Assembly: GCA_021731145.1 (NCBI GenBank)
Contig: JAKFXX010000007.1
Location: 72,108-136,107, forward strand
Direction of reading: 5' to 3'
DNA length: 64,000 nucleotides
Source of the DNA: Gammaproteobacteria bacterium
GTDB lineage: Bacteria > Pseudomonadota > Gammaproteobacteria > Ga0077554 > Ga007554
Shown here: piece after piece, positions 47,280 to 56,268 of the stretch
Position numbering within the stretch: the stretch's first letter is position 1
Layout: every line of letters begins with the position of its first letter
The notes under the pieces: model-generated
What the model was told of the DNA's origin: nothing
Seen by the model: the letters and a program-made list of their open reading frames with translations, nothing else
The model's database searches: none
Translations under genes and position numbers: made by a program

Positions 47280-47450
47280 TGGCGTTGGTGAGTTGGGATT
47301 TGCTCTGATGTGAATTATCCCGAGTACTTTCGGGAGTGGAAGATGAATATTCTTGCAGGTTAATGCACAAGATATGGTGTTTTTGGCTGGCGTAGCCAAG
47401 CGAGTGCATCTTGCTGAATATTAATGCGTTTTCTAGTGTCAACCATTTTT

Positions 47451-47569
47451 AATGATATTATATCATTGTTTTTTATACATTAAAAAATATAACCCCATGC
47501 ATGCCCCATGCCTGTTGACACAGGCTGGGGTGGGCGTTAATCTTCCCATCACAGCACAATATATTGTGT
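47451..47569 (+). promoter_or_regulatory. nrdJ promoter region: 17-bp perfect palindrome, sigma70-like -35/-10, and a NrdR-box-like palindrome
   Basis: The palindrome AATGATATTATATCATT is at 47451-47467. TTGACA (47515-47520), 17 bp, then TAATCT (47538-47543). GCACAATATATTGTGT (47554-47569) matches the NrdR box consensus acaCwAtATaTwGtgt. All lie upstream of nrdJ. Confidence 0.55.
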
Positions 47570-47668
47570 TTGTCCGAATTCAACCAAACAAGCCATAGTC
47601 AAACAACCCCATGCGCAATGTGGTTGCCGTGACGTGCGAAAAACAAACGACAAAGGGAGCATGCGTCC

Positions 47669-49822
47669 ATGAAGGTTACCCATCTCAAGGCTGTCTCGAA
47701 TGCCGATACCATCATCGAGCTTCAGCCCGCATCTTTTGACATCTGGGATAAAAAGTACCGCCTGAAGAAGAAAGACGGCACCGTCATCGACGAAACCCTC
47801 GATCACACCTACCGGCGCGTCGCCCGTGCCGTGGCCGATGTGGAAGATACCGAAGAGAAGCGCGCCGAGTGGTATGACAAGTTTCTGTGGGCGCTGCGCC
47901 GTGGCGCGATTCCTGCCGGCCGTATCGTTTCCAACGCCGGTGCCCAGGCCTACAAGCCCGCAACCTCCACGATCAACTGCACGGTGTCCGGCACCATTCA
48001 AGACTCCATGGACAACATCCTGGGGAAGGTGCACGAGGCGGGTCTTACCCTGAAGGCTGGTTGCGGTATTGGTTATGAATTTTCCACCCTGCGCCCCAGG
48101 GGCGCGTTCGTCGCCGGTGCTGGTGCGTACACCTCCGGTCCGCTGTCGTTCATGGATATCTACGACAAGATGTGTTTCACCGTCTCCTCCGCTGGTGGTC
48201 GTCGCGGCGCGCAGATGGCGACTTTTGACGTAAGCCACCCGGACGTGCTCGATTTCATCCGCGCCAAGCGCGAAAACGGACGCCTGCGTCAGTTCAATCT
48301 GTCGCTGCTGGTGACGCGGGAATACATGGAGGCCGTCAAGAATGACACGGACTGGCCGCTGGTGTTCCCGCTCGACGCCAAGGAAGTCGAGAGCGACGGC
48401 ATCGACGTCAACGACCCCAAGCAGGTAGTTTGGCGCGAATGGCCCACCAAGGATAAATACCTGTCCAACGACCAGGGCCTGGTCGCATGCAAGATCTATC
48501 GCACCATCCGCGCGCGCCGCTTGTGGGACGCGATCATGACCTCCACCTATGACTTCGCCGAGCCGGGCTTCATCCTGATCGACAACGTCAACGAGATGAA
48601 CAATAACTGGTTCTGCGAAAGCATCCGCGCTACCAATCCCTGTGGTGAGCAGCCACTTCCCCCCTACGGCGCCTGTCTGCTGGGCTCGATCAACCTGACC
48701 AATTTCGTGCGCAATGCGTTCACGTCCAAGGCCAGCTTTGATTGGGACGAATACCGTCGCGCCGTGGCGATCTTCACCCGTATGCTGGATAACGTGGTGG
48801 AGATCAGCGGCCTGCCCCTGGAGCAGCAGCGCGAAGAGATCAAGAGCAAGCGCCGTCACGGCATGGGTTATCTGGGCTTGGGCTCCGCCATAACCATGCA
48901 GTGCATGCGTTACGGCTCGAAAGAGTCGCTGGAATTCACCGAACAGGTCACCCGCGAAATGGCGCTGGTGGGCTGGCAGGTGGGCGCCGAACTGGCCCAG
49001 GAAAAAGGCGCGGCCCCGGTGTTGAATCAGGAGTTCACGGTAACGGGCGAGATGCTGCGCAAGCGGCCGGAAATGGCGAAAGACGGCTTCAAGATAGGCG
49101 ATAAGGTGCCGGGCAAGGTGCTGCTGGCCAAATACAGCCACTACATGCAGCGCATAGCCGGGATTGCCCCCGAACTGGTGGACGCCATCGCCGAACACGG
49201 CGCGCGCTTCACCCATCACAGCTCCATCGCCCCCACCGGAACCATCTCGTTGTCGTTGGCCAATAACGCCAGTAACGGTATCGAGCCCAGCTTCGCGCAC
49301 CACTATGCGCGTAACGTGATCCGTGAAGGCAAGAAGTCCAAAGAGAAGGTCGACGTTTATTCCTATGAACTGCTGGCCTACCGCTCCTTGATCAACGACA
49401 AGGCCATGCCTTACTCCGACAAGGAAGACGAGCAACTGCCGGAGTATTTTATCACCGCCGATGACGTTACGCCGAAAGAACATGTAGACGTGCAGGCCGC
49501 CGCGCAGAAATGGATCGACTCGTCCATCTCCAAAACCGCCAACGTGCCGACGGATTATCCCTACGACGATTTCAAGGGCATCTACCTCTACGCCTACGAG
49601 CAAGGCCTGAAGGGTTGCACCACCTTCCGTTTCAATCCCGAAGCGTTCCAGGGCGTGCTGGTGAAAGAGAGTGATCTGGAGAGCACCACCTACCGCTTCA
49701 CCCTGGAAGACGGCACCGTGCTGGAGGTCAAGGGTAACGAGGAGATTGAATACGACGGAGAAATCCACACCGCCGCCAACCTGTTCGATGCCCTGAAAGA
49801 AGGCTACTACGGCAAGTTCTAA
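47669..49822 (+). CDS. nrdJ: Class II (adenosylcobalamin-dependent) ribonucleotide reductase, large N-terminal part (NrdJa of a split NrdJ)
   Basis: It has the RNR active-site motif (NPCGEQPLPPYGACLLGSINLT) and a 10-stranded barrel. An RBS (aaagggag) lies upstream. Confidence 0.9.
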   Translation: MKVTHLKAVSNADTIIELQPASFDIWDKKYRLKKKDGTVIDETLDHTYRRVARAVADVEDTEEKRAEWYDKFLWALRRGAIPAGRIVSNAGAQAYKPATSTINCTVSGTIQDSMDNILGKVHEAGLTLKAGCGIGYEFSTLRPRGAFVAGAGAYTSGPLSFMDIYDKMCFTVSSAGGRRGAQMATFDVSHPDVLDFIRAKRENGRLRQFNLSLLVTREYMEAVKNDTDWPLVFPLDAKEVESDGIDVNDPKQVVWREWPTKDKYLSNDQGLVACKIYRTIRARRLWDAIMTSTYDFAEPGFILIDNVNEMNNNWFCESIRATNPCGEQPLPPYGACLLGSINLTNFVRNAFTSKASFDWDEYRRAVAIFTRMLDNVVEISGLPLEQQREEIKSKRRHGMGYLGLGSAITMQCMRYGSKESLEFTEQVTREMALVGWQVGAELAQEKGAAPVLNQEFTVTGEMLRKRPEMAKDGFKIGDKVPGKVLLAKYSHYMQRIAGIAPELVDAIAEHGARFTHHSSIAPTGTISLSLANNASNGIEPSFAHHYARNVIREGKKSKEKVDVYSYELLAYRSLINDKAMPYSDKEDEQLPEYFITADDVTPKEHVDVQAAAQKWIDSSISKTANVPTDYPYDDFKGIYLYAYEQGLKGCTTFRFNPEAFQGVLVKESDLESTTYRFTLEDGTVLEVKGNEEIEYDGEIHTAANLFDALKEGYYGKF

Positions 49823-49879
49823 ACTATATTACGGGACGGGTGCAGCCCGCTGGGGTATCCCCGTCACTGGAGAAACAAC

Positions 49880-50572
49880 ATGGCTATCAAGATAGAAAAG
49901 AAGATTGTGAAGTACAGCGTGGTCAAGGATGAGGAGAAGGCTGCTGCCGCCCCTGCCGAGGAATCCACCGTTGCCAAGGTAGTGCAGATGCACGAAAAGC
50001 TTGAGCGGCCCGAGGTGCTGATCGGCTCCACCTACAAGATCAAAACCCCGCTCACCGAGCATGCCCTGTATGTCACCGTCAATGATGTCGTGCTCAACCC
50101 CGGCACCGACGACGAGTTGCGCCGCCCCTTCGAAGTCTTCATTAACTCGAAGAACATGGACCACTTCCAGTGGATCGTCGCCCTCACCCGCATCATCTCC
50201 GCCGTGTTCCGCAAGGGTGGTGATGTCACCTTCCTGGTGGAAGAGCTGCGTTCCGTGTTCGACCCGCGCGGCGGCTACTTCAAGAAGGGTGGCAAATACA
50301 TGCCTTCACTGGTCGCCGAGATCGGTGACGTGATCGAGCGCCATATGCGCATGATAGGCCTGCTGAAAGACGACACCCTCGACGAGCACCAGAAAAAACT
50401 GATCAACGAAAAACGCGCCGAGTTCGAATCCATGCTGCACAGGGCCGAAGATAGCGAAAGCGGCAGCTTCCCCACCGGCGCCCAGCTCTGTGCCAAATGC
50501 AACACCAAGGCCATGATCAAAATGGATAATTGCATGACTTGCTTGAATTGTGGCGATTCAAAGTGTGGCTAA
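49880..50572 (+). CDS. Class II RNR C-terminal part (NrdJb) with a C-terminal Cys-rich tail
   Basis: It lies immediately downstream of nrdJa. The tail is CAKCNTKAMIKMDNCMTCLNCGDSKCG. A split NrdJa/NrdJb arrangement is known in Pseudomonas. Confidence 0.7.
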   Translation: MAIKIEKKIVKYSVVKDEEKAAAAPAEESTVAKVVQMHEKLERPEVLIGSTYKIKTPLTEHALYVTVNDVVLNPGTDDELRRPFEVFINSKNMDHFQWIVALTRIISAVFRKGGDVTFLVEELRSVFDPRGGYFKKGGKYMPSLVAEIGDVIERHMRMIGLLKDDTLDEHQKKLINEKRAEFESMLHRAEDSESGSFPTGAQLCAKCNTKAMIKMDNCMTCLNCGDSKCG

Positions 50573-50777
50573 AGGGCGTGTGACGCCTTCCCCGCCGGGT
50601 AGAGGGGAAGCGCGAACGCAGTGAGAAGTAGGGTTCTGGCGCAGTGATGATTTAACGTTGGACTTGACTGGAAGTGCGTAGCGCCGTCCAGGCGGACGAA
50701 TCGCTTGCTTTGCATGGCGAGTTCCAAGCCCATCACCGGCAATCATCAACCCACCACACTGGAATCCTCAAGTCCAA

Positions 50778-50880
50778 TGTAGGGTGGACACGCTTTTTGT
50801 GTCCACCAGGCGTTGCGCAGCAACACAATGCCCAATTCCATTCGGCGCAATGCGCTGTCGCTTATTGGCGCCCTACATAG
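50778..50880. repeat. Dispersed repeat element (copy 1) bounded by TGTAGGG...CCCTACA
   Basis: The segment tgtagggtggacacgctttttgtgtccaccaggcgttgcgcagcaacacaatgcc is homologous to 56187-56246. The termini tgtagggtgg and ggcgccctaca are inverted. Confidence 0.7.
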
Positions 50881-51116
50881 TGCGCGTTACCGCGTTGATG
50901 GGTATCAGACAGGAAGCAGTCGTAGAATTTGAATCAAAGCTATCGGCTTATCAGGCAGCAGTCTGCCACGATCTTCTAGTCGCGCCGCACCTTTGGTTTT
51001 TCCAATAGCGGTCGCTCTGGCAGAAAAATCATAGATTGATCTTGCGCGTGCCAAGTCAGTTATTCATCCTTCGGTTTATCATAACGCCAAATAGAGATTT
51101 CGTTAGAAAGCGCTAT

Positions 51117-51494
51117 ATGAAAATAATATCACTGCAATTGTCTAACATTCTGAGCTTCAGATACTTCGACAACGTTGGAAATGCCGAGAGCATCAGTTTT
51201 GATGATGATCTCAATATCATTATCGGGGAAAACGGATCAGGTAAATCAACGGCTCTGGAGGTCGTAAACTTCCTGTTCAGGCGCGTACTCTATAAACAGT
51301 ACAACCTCAATCAAGACCTATACACTCAGCGGAACAGTATCAACACTGATCAGCGCAAACAAATTCTCCTACCTGAGCATGTCGGCTGGCGGGTTTCATC
51401 AGAACATGCAAACCAGCAGTGGCAGGTAAGGCATCGCATATCGAGAAAAAAGCAATGTCAGAGCATGTGCGCGTGTCATGGGGCGGCTATTTAA
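51117..51494 (+). pseudogene. Truncated P-loop NTPase (RecF/SMC/OLD-like AAA N-terminus), probable gene remnant
   Basis: It begins MKIISLQLSNILSFRYFD...LNIIIGENGSGKSTALEVVNFLF. The frame degenerates after about 100 codons and runs into the convergent gene. GC content is low. Confidence 0.5.
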
Positions 51495-52503
51495 CAGCTA
51501 AAGCACGAACTATCATTTGCTGTACTTCTGTTGTGGCGTGAAGTGGGTTCAATTCAACCTCTGGGTGCGATGAAGCGAACACCCTAAAAATTTCGTCAGC
51601 AAAAGCTTGGCCGATTTCTTCCACTCCAGTGAAATCCAGAACTACAGTCTTGAATTTCTCAAAGCGAGATACCAGACGCTTTGCCTGTGAGCGTGAAACA
51701 AGCTTCTCACCTTCATGGCGAGCCAATCGAACCGGAACAATAGTTTTGCTGAAAGTAAATTCGTCTGGTTCAGAAAACTGTGCGTAGACCGAATTAAGCG
51801 TACGCTGGCTATCGTTATCCAGCTTCAATAACACGCGCGTCCCCGGAATATCCCTGTCGCCATCTATTAGCCAGTCACCCTGCTCTGCCATGTGCGAGAA
51901 ATTAAGCGTACGCGACATAATTACGAATGAATCAAAAGCCCGAGAGGTAAAAAATATACCCTCACCAGAATGGTTGGCTGGATCTGTTGTGAACTTTCCT
52001 TTTGCCAGTTCCAGGATCGCCTCTCTAGCATCGTAAAGTTTTGCTAGCCGTTGAATACGATAAAAAATGCCTTCCCCGTCATCGTTAATCCAAATCTCTA
52101 CATCGAGCGCGGTGCGTTCGAAGTGAACCGTAAGCATAGTCCCTTCGGAATGATCTATGGCATTATTGATCATCTCCGTGACGCCGTAATGCCACATATT
52201 GCGCACATTTTCTGGCAGGTCGGCCAGGAGTGGCGCCAGCTTTTCAAGCCAAACTATATCCTCCCTCAAGCCAGCCAAGGGGAATTCCCAAGATTTCTCA
52301 ATTAATGGGATAAGCCATGAAGCCTTTATGTTTCCTTTGCCAGAAGAACTAATCAACTTTTCGCTCTCAAGAGCGTGAAGATGACGGCTTGCGGCTTGCT
52401 TTGAAATGCCAAAATGCCGTGCTGTTTCAGAAGCAACATTGCGCGCCTTGTTTCGGCACATTTTCAGCATGAATTGTCTAATTTCGGATGTTTTCGTTCT
52501 CAT
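51487..52503 (-). CDS. ATP-binding protein with an N-terminal wHTH, a GHKL-type ATPase domain and a C-terminal STAS-like (DUF4325) domain
   Basis: It has an HTH (RHFGISKQAASRHLHALE), an HATPase N-box (VTEMINNAIDHS; DDGEGIF) and a C-terminal STAS-like segment (VVLDFTGVEEIGQAFADEIFRVF). Confidence 0.6.
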   Translation of the reverse strand: MRTKTSEIRQFMLKMCRNKARNVASETARHFGISKQAASRHLHALESEKLISSSGKGNIKASWLIPLIEKSWEFPLAGLREDIVWLEKLAPLLADLPENVRNMWHYGVTEMINNAIDHSEGTMLTVHFERTALDVEIWINDDGEGIFYRIQRLAKLYDAREAILELAKGKFTTDPANHSGEGIFFTSRAFDSFVIMSRTLNFSHMAEQGDWLIDGDRDIPGTRVLLKLDNDSQRTLNSVYAQFSEPDEFTFSKTIVPVRLARHEGEKLVSRSQAKRLVSRFEKFKTVVLDFTGVEEIGQAFADEIFRVFASSHPEVELNPLHATTEVQQMIVRALAVK

Positions 52504-52717
52504 GGCTCGTCAACAAGATATGTATCCTCCGGCAAAGCCGGGAGGCTCCGCAAATGAACACTATCGACAACAATTTTACACTATATCGACAACATTAGAA
52601 GAATTTTTCGACAACATTTGAAGTCCCGTAGAAATTTGGCGTCAAACCGCCCAATCTCTTGGTAAAGCTGTTCTCTGAAATAAAGCTGGATCTTCTATTG
52701 TGAGAATGTAACGCCAG

Positions 52718-53485
52718 TCATGATTTTCCGCCAAAATAACCCAACCGTGCGGAGAGCCGCTTTCCGGCGGTAATCGTCACTGCTATCCATTCGTCGCTGC
52801 GCCGCGCGATGGGTGCGGAGACCGATAGGCCTGCGACCATTTTGCCGCTGGCGTCCAGCACCGGAACGCCGATACAGCCGACGCCGGTTTCGGCTTCTTC
52901 GTTATCCAGCGCGTAGCCTTGTTCCAATGAGTGTTTTGCTTCATTCCATAGCTGCTCGGGCTGGGTGAGGGTGGTGGGGGTGTAGGCGGGCAGGCGGGTG
53001 CGCCGGGCATAGGCAAGGCAGTCTGTTTTTCCGTCAAATGCAAGAAACAGCTTGCCCACCGCCGTGACGTGCAGCGGGGCATGGCCGCCGATGACTTGTT
53101 CGACCCGGATCATCTTGTGGCTGGAGACCCGTTCCACGTAGACCACCTCATCGCCGTCGCGCACGGTGAGGTTCACTGTTTCACCCAGTTCGCTGCGCAG
53201 CCATTCCATAATCGGTAATGCCTCGCGTTTGAGATCCACCCGCTGCTCCACCCGGCTGGCAAGGCCGAGCAATTTGATGCCCAACCGGTAATGGCCGGCC
53301 TCGGTGCGCTCCACCAGTCCATGCTCGCCTAATGCCGCCAGTATGCGGTGCGCTGTGGAGGGGTGCAGACCGGTCTCGGCGGAGAGAATCTTCAGACTGA
53401 CGGGGCCGTGGCCTTGGGCGATGGCGTCCAGTAGCTGGGCCATGCGGTCTATGACTTGAATGGAGCTGGTAGTTTTTTCTTTCAT
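52718..53485 (-). CDS. IclR-family transcriptional regulator
   Basis: It has an N-terminal HTH (VIDRMAQLLDAIAQGHGPVSLKILSAETGLHPSTAHRIL) and a C-terminal IclR effector domain. Confidence 0.9.
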   Translation of the reverse strand: MKEKTTSSIQVIDRMAQLLDAIAQGHGPVSLKILSAETGLHPSTAHRILAALGEHGLVERTEAGHYRLGIKLLGLASRVEQRVDLKREALPIMEWLRSELGETVNLTVRDGDEVVYVERVSSHKMIRVEQVIGGHAPLHVTAVGKLFLAFDGKTDCLAYARRTRLPAYTPTTLTQPEQLWNEAKHSLEQGYALDNEEAETGVGCIGVPVLDASGKMVAGLSVSAPIARRSDEWIAVTITAGKRLSARLGYFGGKS

Positions 53486-53508
53486 TTCACATTATGAAAA
53501 CTATTACA

Positions 53509-53549
53509 TATTGCGAAATAATATACAGAAGGATAATATCTTTGCAATA
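53509..53549. promoter_or_regulatory. Imperfect palindrome in the iclR / transketolase-like divergent intergenic region (candidate IclR operator)
   Basis: The sequence is TATTGCGAAATAATAT-acagaagg-ATAATATCTTTGCAATA. The outer TATTGC/GCAATA and inner ATAATAT halves are symmetric. Confidence 0.35.
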
Positions 53550-53577
53550 TTCTTTTGTATAACTTAGGAGCGTCGCC

Positions 53578-55785
53578 ATGGATATCCCAACCGCAACCAG
53601 CACCCCGGCTTTCTGTGAAGGCATTCAATATTTCGCGGAAGCCCTGCCCGGTTCCGATGAATATGCCACACAGCCAGCCATCGCCGCAGGACAGAACGCC
53701 GTGGCTGATCCCAGTGATTCGCGCGCGGTATTCCAAACCCTGCTGGGGGCGGATGCGTTGCGCTACCTCACCCTGCAAATGACGGGCGCCAAGGCCTCCG
53801 GCCATCCGGGCGGGTTTGCCAGCAGCGCCGAGGCCTACGCCTCGCTGGTGATGCTGGGACACACCAACATCGTCACCGAAGTGGGACACCATGCCCCCGG
53901 TTTTTACAGCGCCATGTTCATGGATTCCTCGCTGGAGGAGATGGGCATCAACACGGTGCAAGACCTGCGTGCGCGCTTCCGTGAGAAGCACGGTTTGCTG
54001 GGCCACCTCTCTGGCGCCATCCCCGGCATTCTCGCTCCTGCGGGGCCGCTGGGGCAGGGCCAGCATTTCGCCATGGCGGGTGCGATGCTGCACCCCGGCA
54101 CGTTGTTCCCCTTCACGCTCGGTGATGGCGGCATGGGCGAGCCGTATATCCTGAATGCCATGATGCACTTCCATGTTGCTTTTCCCACCATCACCAACTT
54201 CCTGCCGGTGCTGATCTGGAATGGCTATAGCCAGGAACATCACGCAATGGTCTCTTTGTTCACCGACGAGGAGATGATTGCTTACTGGAAGGGACACGGC
54301 TTTGAATCCGTATATCTGGTGGACGCCAAGAATTTTGATGACGCGGGCCAGAGTGGTGCGTTTGTGGACAGCACCCGTTTCTCGATGGGTAATCGTCTGG
54401 CCTTCACGCGCGCCATGCTGGAAACCATGAACGAGGCGGCGCAGTCCGCGCTGGGCGGCAAGCTCACAGCCTTTATAGTCAAGCAGCTCAAGGGTTCGGG
54501 TGTGCATGCGCTGGGTGCGAAATCACACAATCTTTATCCCCAGCACACTCTTGAAAACGTCGATGTTGTGGAAGGCCTCAAGCGCCGCGCGCTCGCCCCG
54601 CAGGCGTGGCAGATTGTGCGTGACAACTTCAGCCGCGCCGGTGGTGGCCCTGCCGCGCGCACCGTAGTGACAGAATCGGTGTTGGCGCTGACGCCTATTA
54701 CCAATCTGCCTGTGCAGGAGTTTGCGCTGGGTGAGAACAAGCCGCCGACCACGGCGATGGGTGCGATGGTGGGTGCGGTGGGCAAGCAGGACGCGCGCTT
54801 TCTGGTGACCAACGCCGATGGCAACGAGGCCTCCGGCATCGGCAACATCAATGAGGCGCTGAAGATTCGTCACCCCACGGAAGATGCGCTGTATCACCAG
54901 ACGCCTAACGGTCAGGTATACGAGCCGCTCAATGAAGACGCCTGTGCAGGTCTGGCGGTGGGGTTGGCGCTGTTCGGCAGCCGCAGCCTGTGGTGCTCGT
55001 ATGAGAGTTTTGCCATCAACGGCCTGCCGATTCTTCAGACCGTGACCCAGGCCATGGCCGAACTGCGCCGCAAGACGCCCAGCGTTGTCACGCTGTTCAC
55101 CGCCGGCGCGCTGGAGCAGGGCCGTAACGGCTGGACGCATCAGCGTCCGGAGATCGAGGCCTATTTCGCCGCCATGATGCGCAACGGCAACCTGTTCCCG
55201 GTGTTTCCGGTGGACGCCAACATGATCCAGGCCGCCTACGCCTGGGCGCTGGACAGCTATAACAAGGGCATCATCATCACTGCGTCGAAGAGTCCGTTGC
55301 CGATCCGCACCACGCTGGAACAAAGTCGCCGTGCATTGGCGGACGGTGCCATTACTCTGTTTGATCACCCTGGCGCGAAGACCGTGGTGTTCGCGGTGGT
55401 GGGCGACATGATCCTGCTGCCTGTGTTCGAGGCGGCGGAAAAATTGAAGGCTGCGGGCTTTGGCGTGAAGATCGTCGCCGTGGTCAACCCGCGCCGCCTC
55501 TATCGCCCCACCGATGTGGCCTGGGACACCTGCTCGGAGCCGGACAATCTGTTCCTTGACGACGATCATTTCAACGCACTGTTCGATGGCGATGTGCTGT
55601 TGGGCGTGAGCGGCGGACCCAGTGGCACGCTGGAGCCTGTCATGCTGCGCACCCGTGCGCCGAAGCGCGATGTGTTCGCCTGGAAGCGCGGCGAGACTAC
55701 TGCCTCGCCCGCCGAGATTATGAGCTTTAACGGTCTGTCGGGCGATAATCTGGCGCAACGGGCGCGGGAGTTGGCAGGGGTTTGA
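53578..55785 (+). CDS. Transketolase-family thiamine-diphosphate enzyme (divergent, 735 aa)
   Basis: By recollection it carries transketolase motifs: SGHPGG, GPLGQGQHFAMAGAM (compare GPLGQGIANAVGMAI) and GDGGMGEP...N (ThDP/Mg site), plus a histidine motif HQRPE. Confidence 0.6.
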   Translation: MDIPTATSTPAFCEGIQYFAEALPGSDEYATQPAIAAGQNAVADPSDSRAVFQTLLGADALRYLTLQMTGAKASGHPGGFASSAEAYASLVMLGHTNIVTEVGHHAPGFYSAMFMDSSLEEMGINTVQDLRARFREKHGLLGHLSGAIPGILAPAGPLGQGQHFAMAGAMLHPGTLFPFTLGDGGMGEPYILNAMMHFHVAFPTITNFLPVLIWNGYSQEHHAMVSLFTDEEMIAYWKGHGFESVYLVDAKNFDDAGQSGAFVDSTRFSMGNRLAFTRAMLETMNEAAQSALGGKLTAFIVKQLKGSGVHALGAKSHNLYPQHTLENVDVVEGLKRRALAPQAWQIVRDNFSRAGGGPAARTVVTESVLALTPITNLPVQEFALGENKPPTTAMGAMVGAVGKQDARFLVTNADGNEASGIGNINEALKIRHPTEDALYHQTPNGQVYEPLNEDACAGLAVGLALFGSRSLWCSYESFAINGLPILQTVTQAMAELRRKTPSVVTLFTAGALEQGRNGWTHQRPEIEAYFAAMMRNGNLFPVFPVDANMIQAAYAWALDSYNKGIIITASKSPLPIRTTLEQSRRALADGAITLFDHPGAKTVVFAVVGDMILLPVFEAAEKLKAAGFGVKIVAVVNPRRLYRPTDVAWDTCSEPDNLFLDDDHFNALFDGDVLLGVSGGPSGTLEPVMLRTRAPKRDVFAWKRGETTASPAEIMSFNGLSGDNLAQRARELAGV

Positions 55786-55867
55786 TGTAGGGTATAAAGT
55801 ATCAGGCGCAGGCTCCGTGCGCTGCGCCTGATATATCACTCCATCAACGTCTACGAAAGGAAATCAA

Positions 55868-56167
55868 ATGAAAAAATTATTTTCCGCACTCGTGTTCTCT
55901 GCGCTGGCCGTCCTCAGCGTTAATGTTTCTTTTGCCGCTGATGCGGCCAAGCCCGCTTCCGTCCAGGCAACCACCACGGAAAAGCTCGACATCAACACGG
56001 CCACCGAACAGCAGTTGACTACCTTGTCCGGCGTAGGTGAAGCCAGGGCCAAGGACATTATTAAGGGGCGCCCTTACAAGGCCAAGGATGATCTGGTGAA
56101 AAACAAAATCATTCCCCAATCAGTCTATGACAAGATCAAAGAAAAAATTATCGCCAAGCAGAAATGA
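55868..56167 (+). CDS. comEA: ComEA-family helix-hairpin-helix DNA-binding protein
   Basis: It has a signal peptide and HhH motifs (DINTATEQQLTTLSGVGEARAKDIIKGRPY). Confidence 0.85.
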   Translation: MKKLFSALVFSALAVLSVNVSFAADAAKPASVQATTTEKLDINTATEQQLTTLSGVGEARAKDIIKGRPYKAKDDLVKNKIIPQSVYDKIKEKIIAKQK

Positions 56168-56186
56168 TTCGGCAATAAAGCAGCCA

Positions 56187-56246
56187 AATGTGGTGGTTTC
56201 GCGCTTTTTGCGCAACCCACCAAGCGTTGCGTAGCAACACAATAGC
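56187..56246. repeat. Dispersed repeat element (copy 2), homologous to 50778-50832
   Basis: The sequence is aatgtggtggtttcgcgctttttgcgcaacccaccaagcgttgcgtagcaacacaatagc. It is about 80 percent identical to copy 1 and lies right after the comEA stop. Confidence 0.7.
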
Positions 56247-56268
56247 TTGAGTTTCCAAAGGCCGCGCA

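Noticed and set aside
47549-49768. 739-aa ORF antisense to nrdJ
   Set aside because: It is a mirror-image ORF of a highly conserved RNR gene. Its translation is Gly/Arg/Val-rich with no recognisable domains, and the nrdJ strand has clear RNR motifs and an RBS.
50580-50640. Hairpin cttcccc-gccgggtaga-ggggaag after nrdJb as a terminator
   Set aside because: The stem is only 7 bp with no following T-run. The neighbouring repeat element is more likely to serve as the terminator.
54523-55839. 438-aa minus-strand ORF overlapping the transketolase-like gene
   Set aside because: It is an antisense mirror ORF. The plus-strand gene carries the ThDP motifs.
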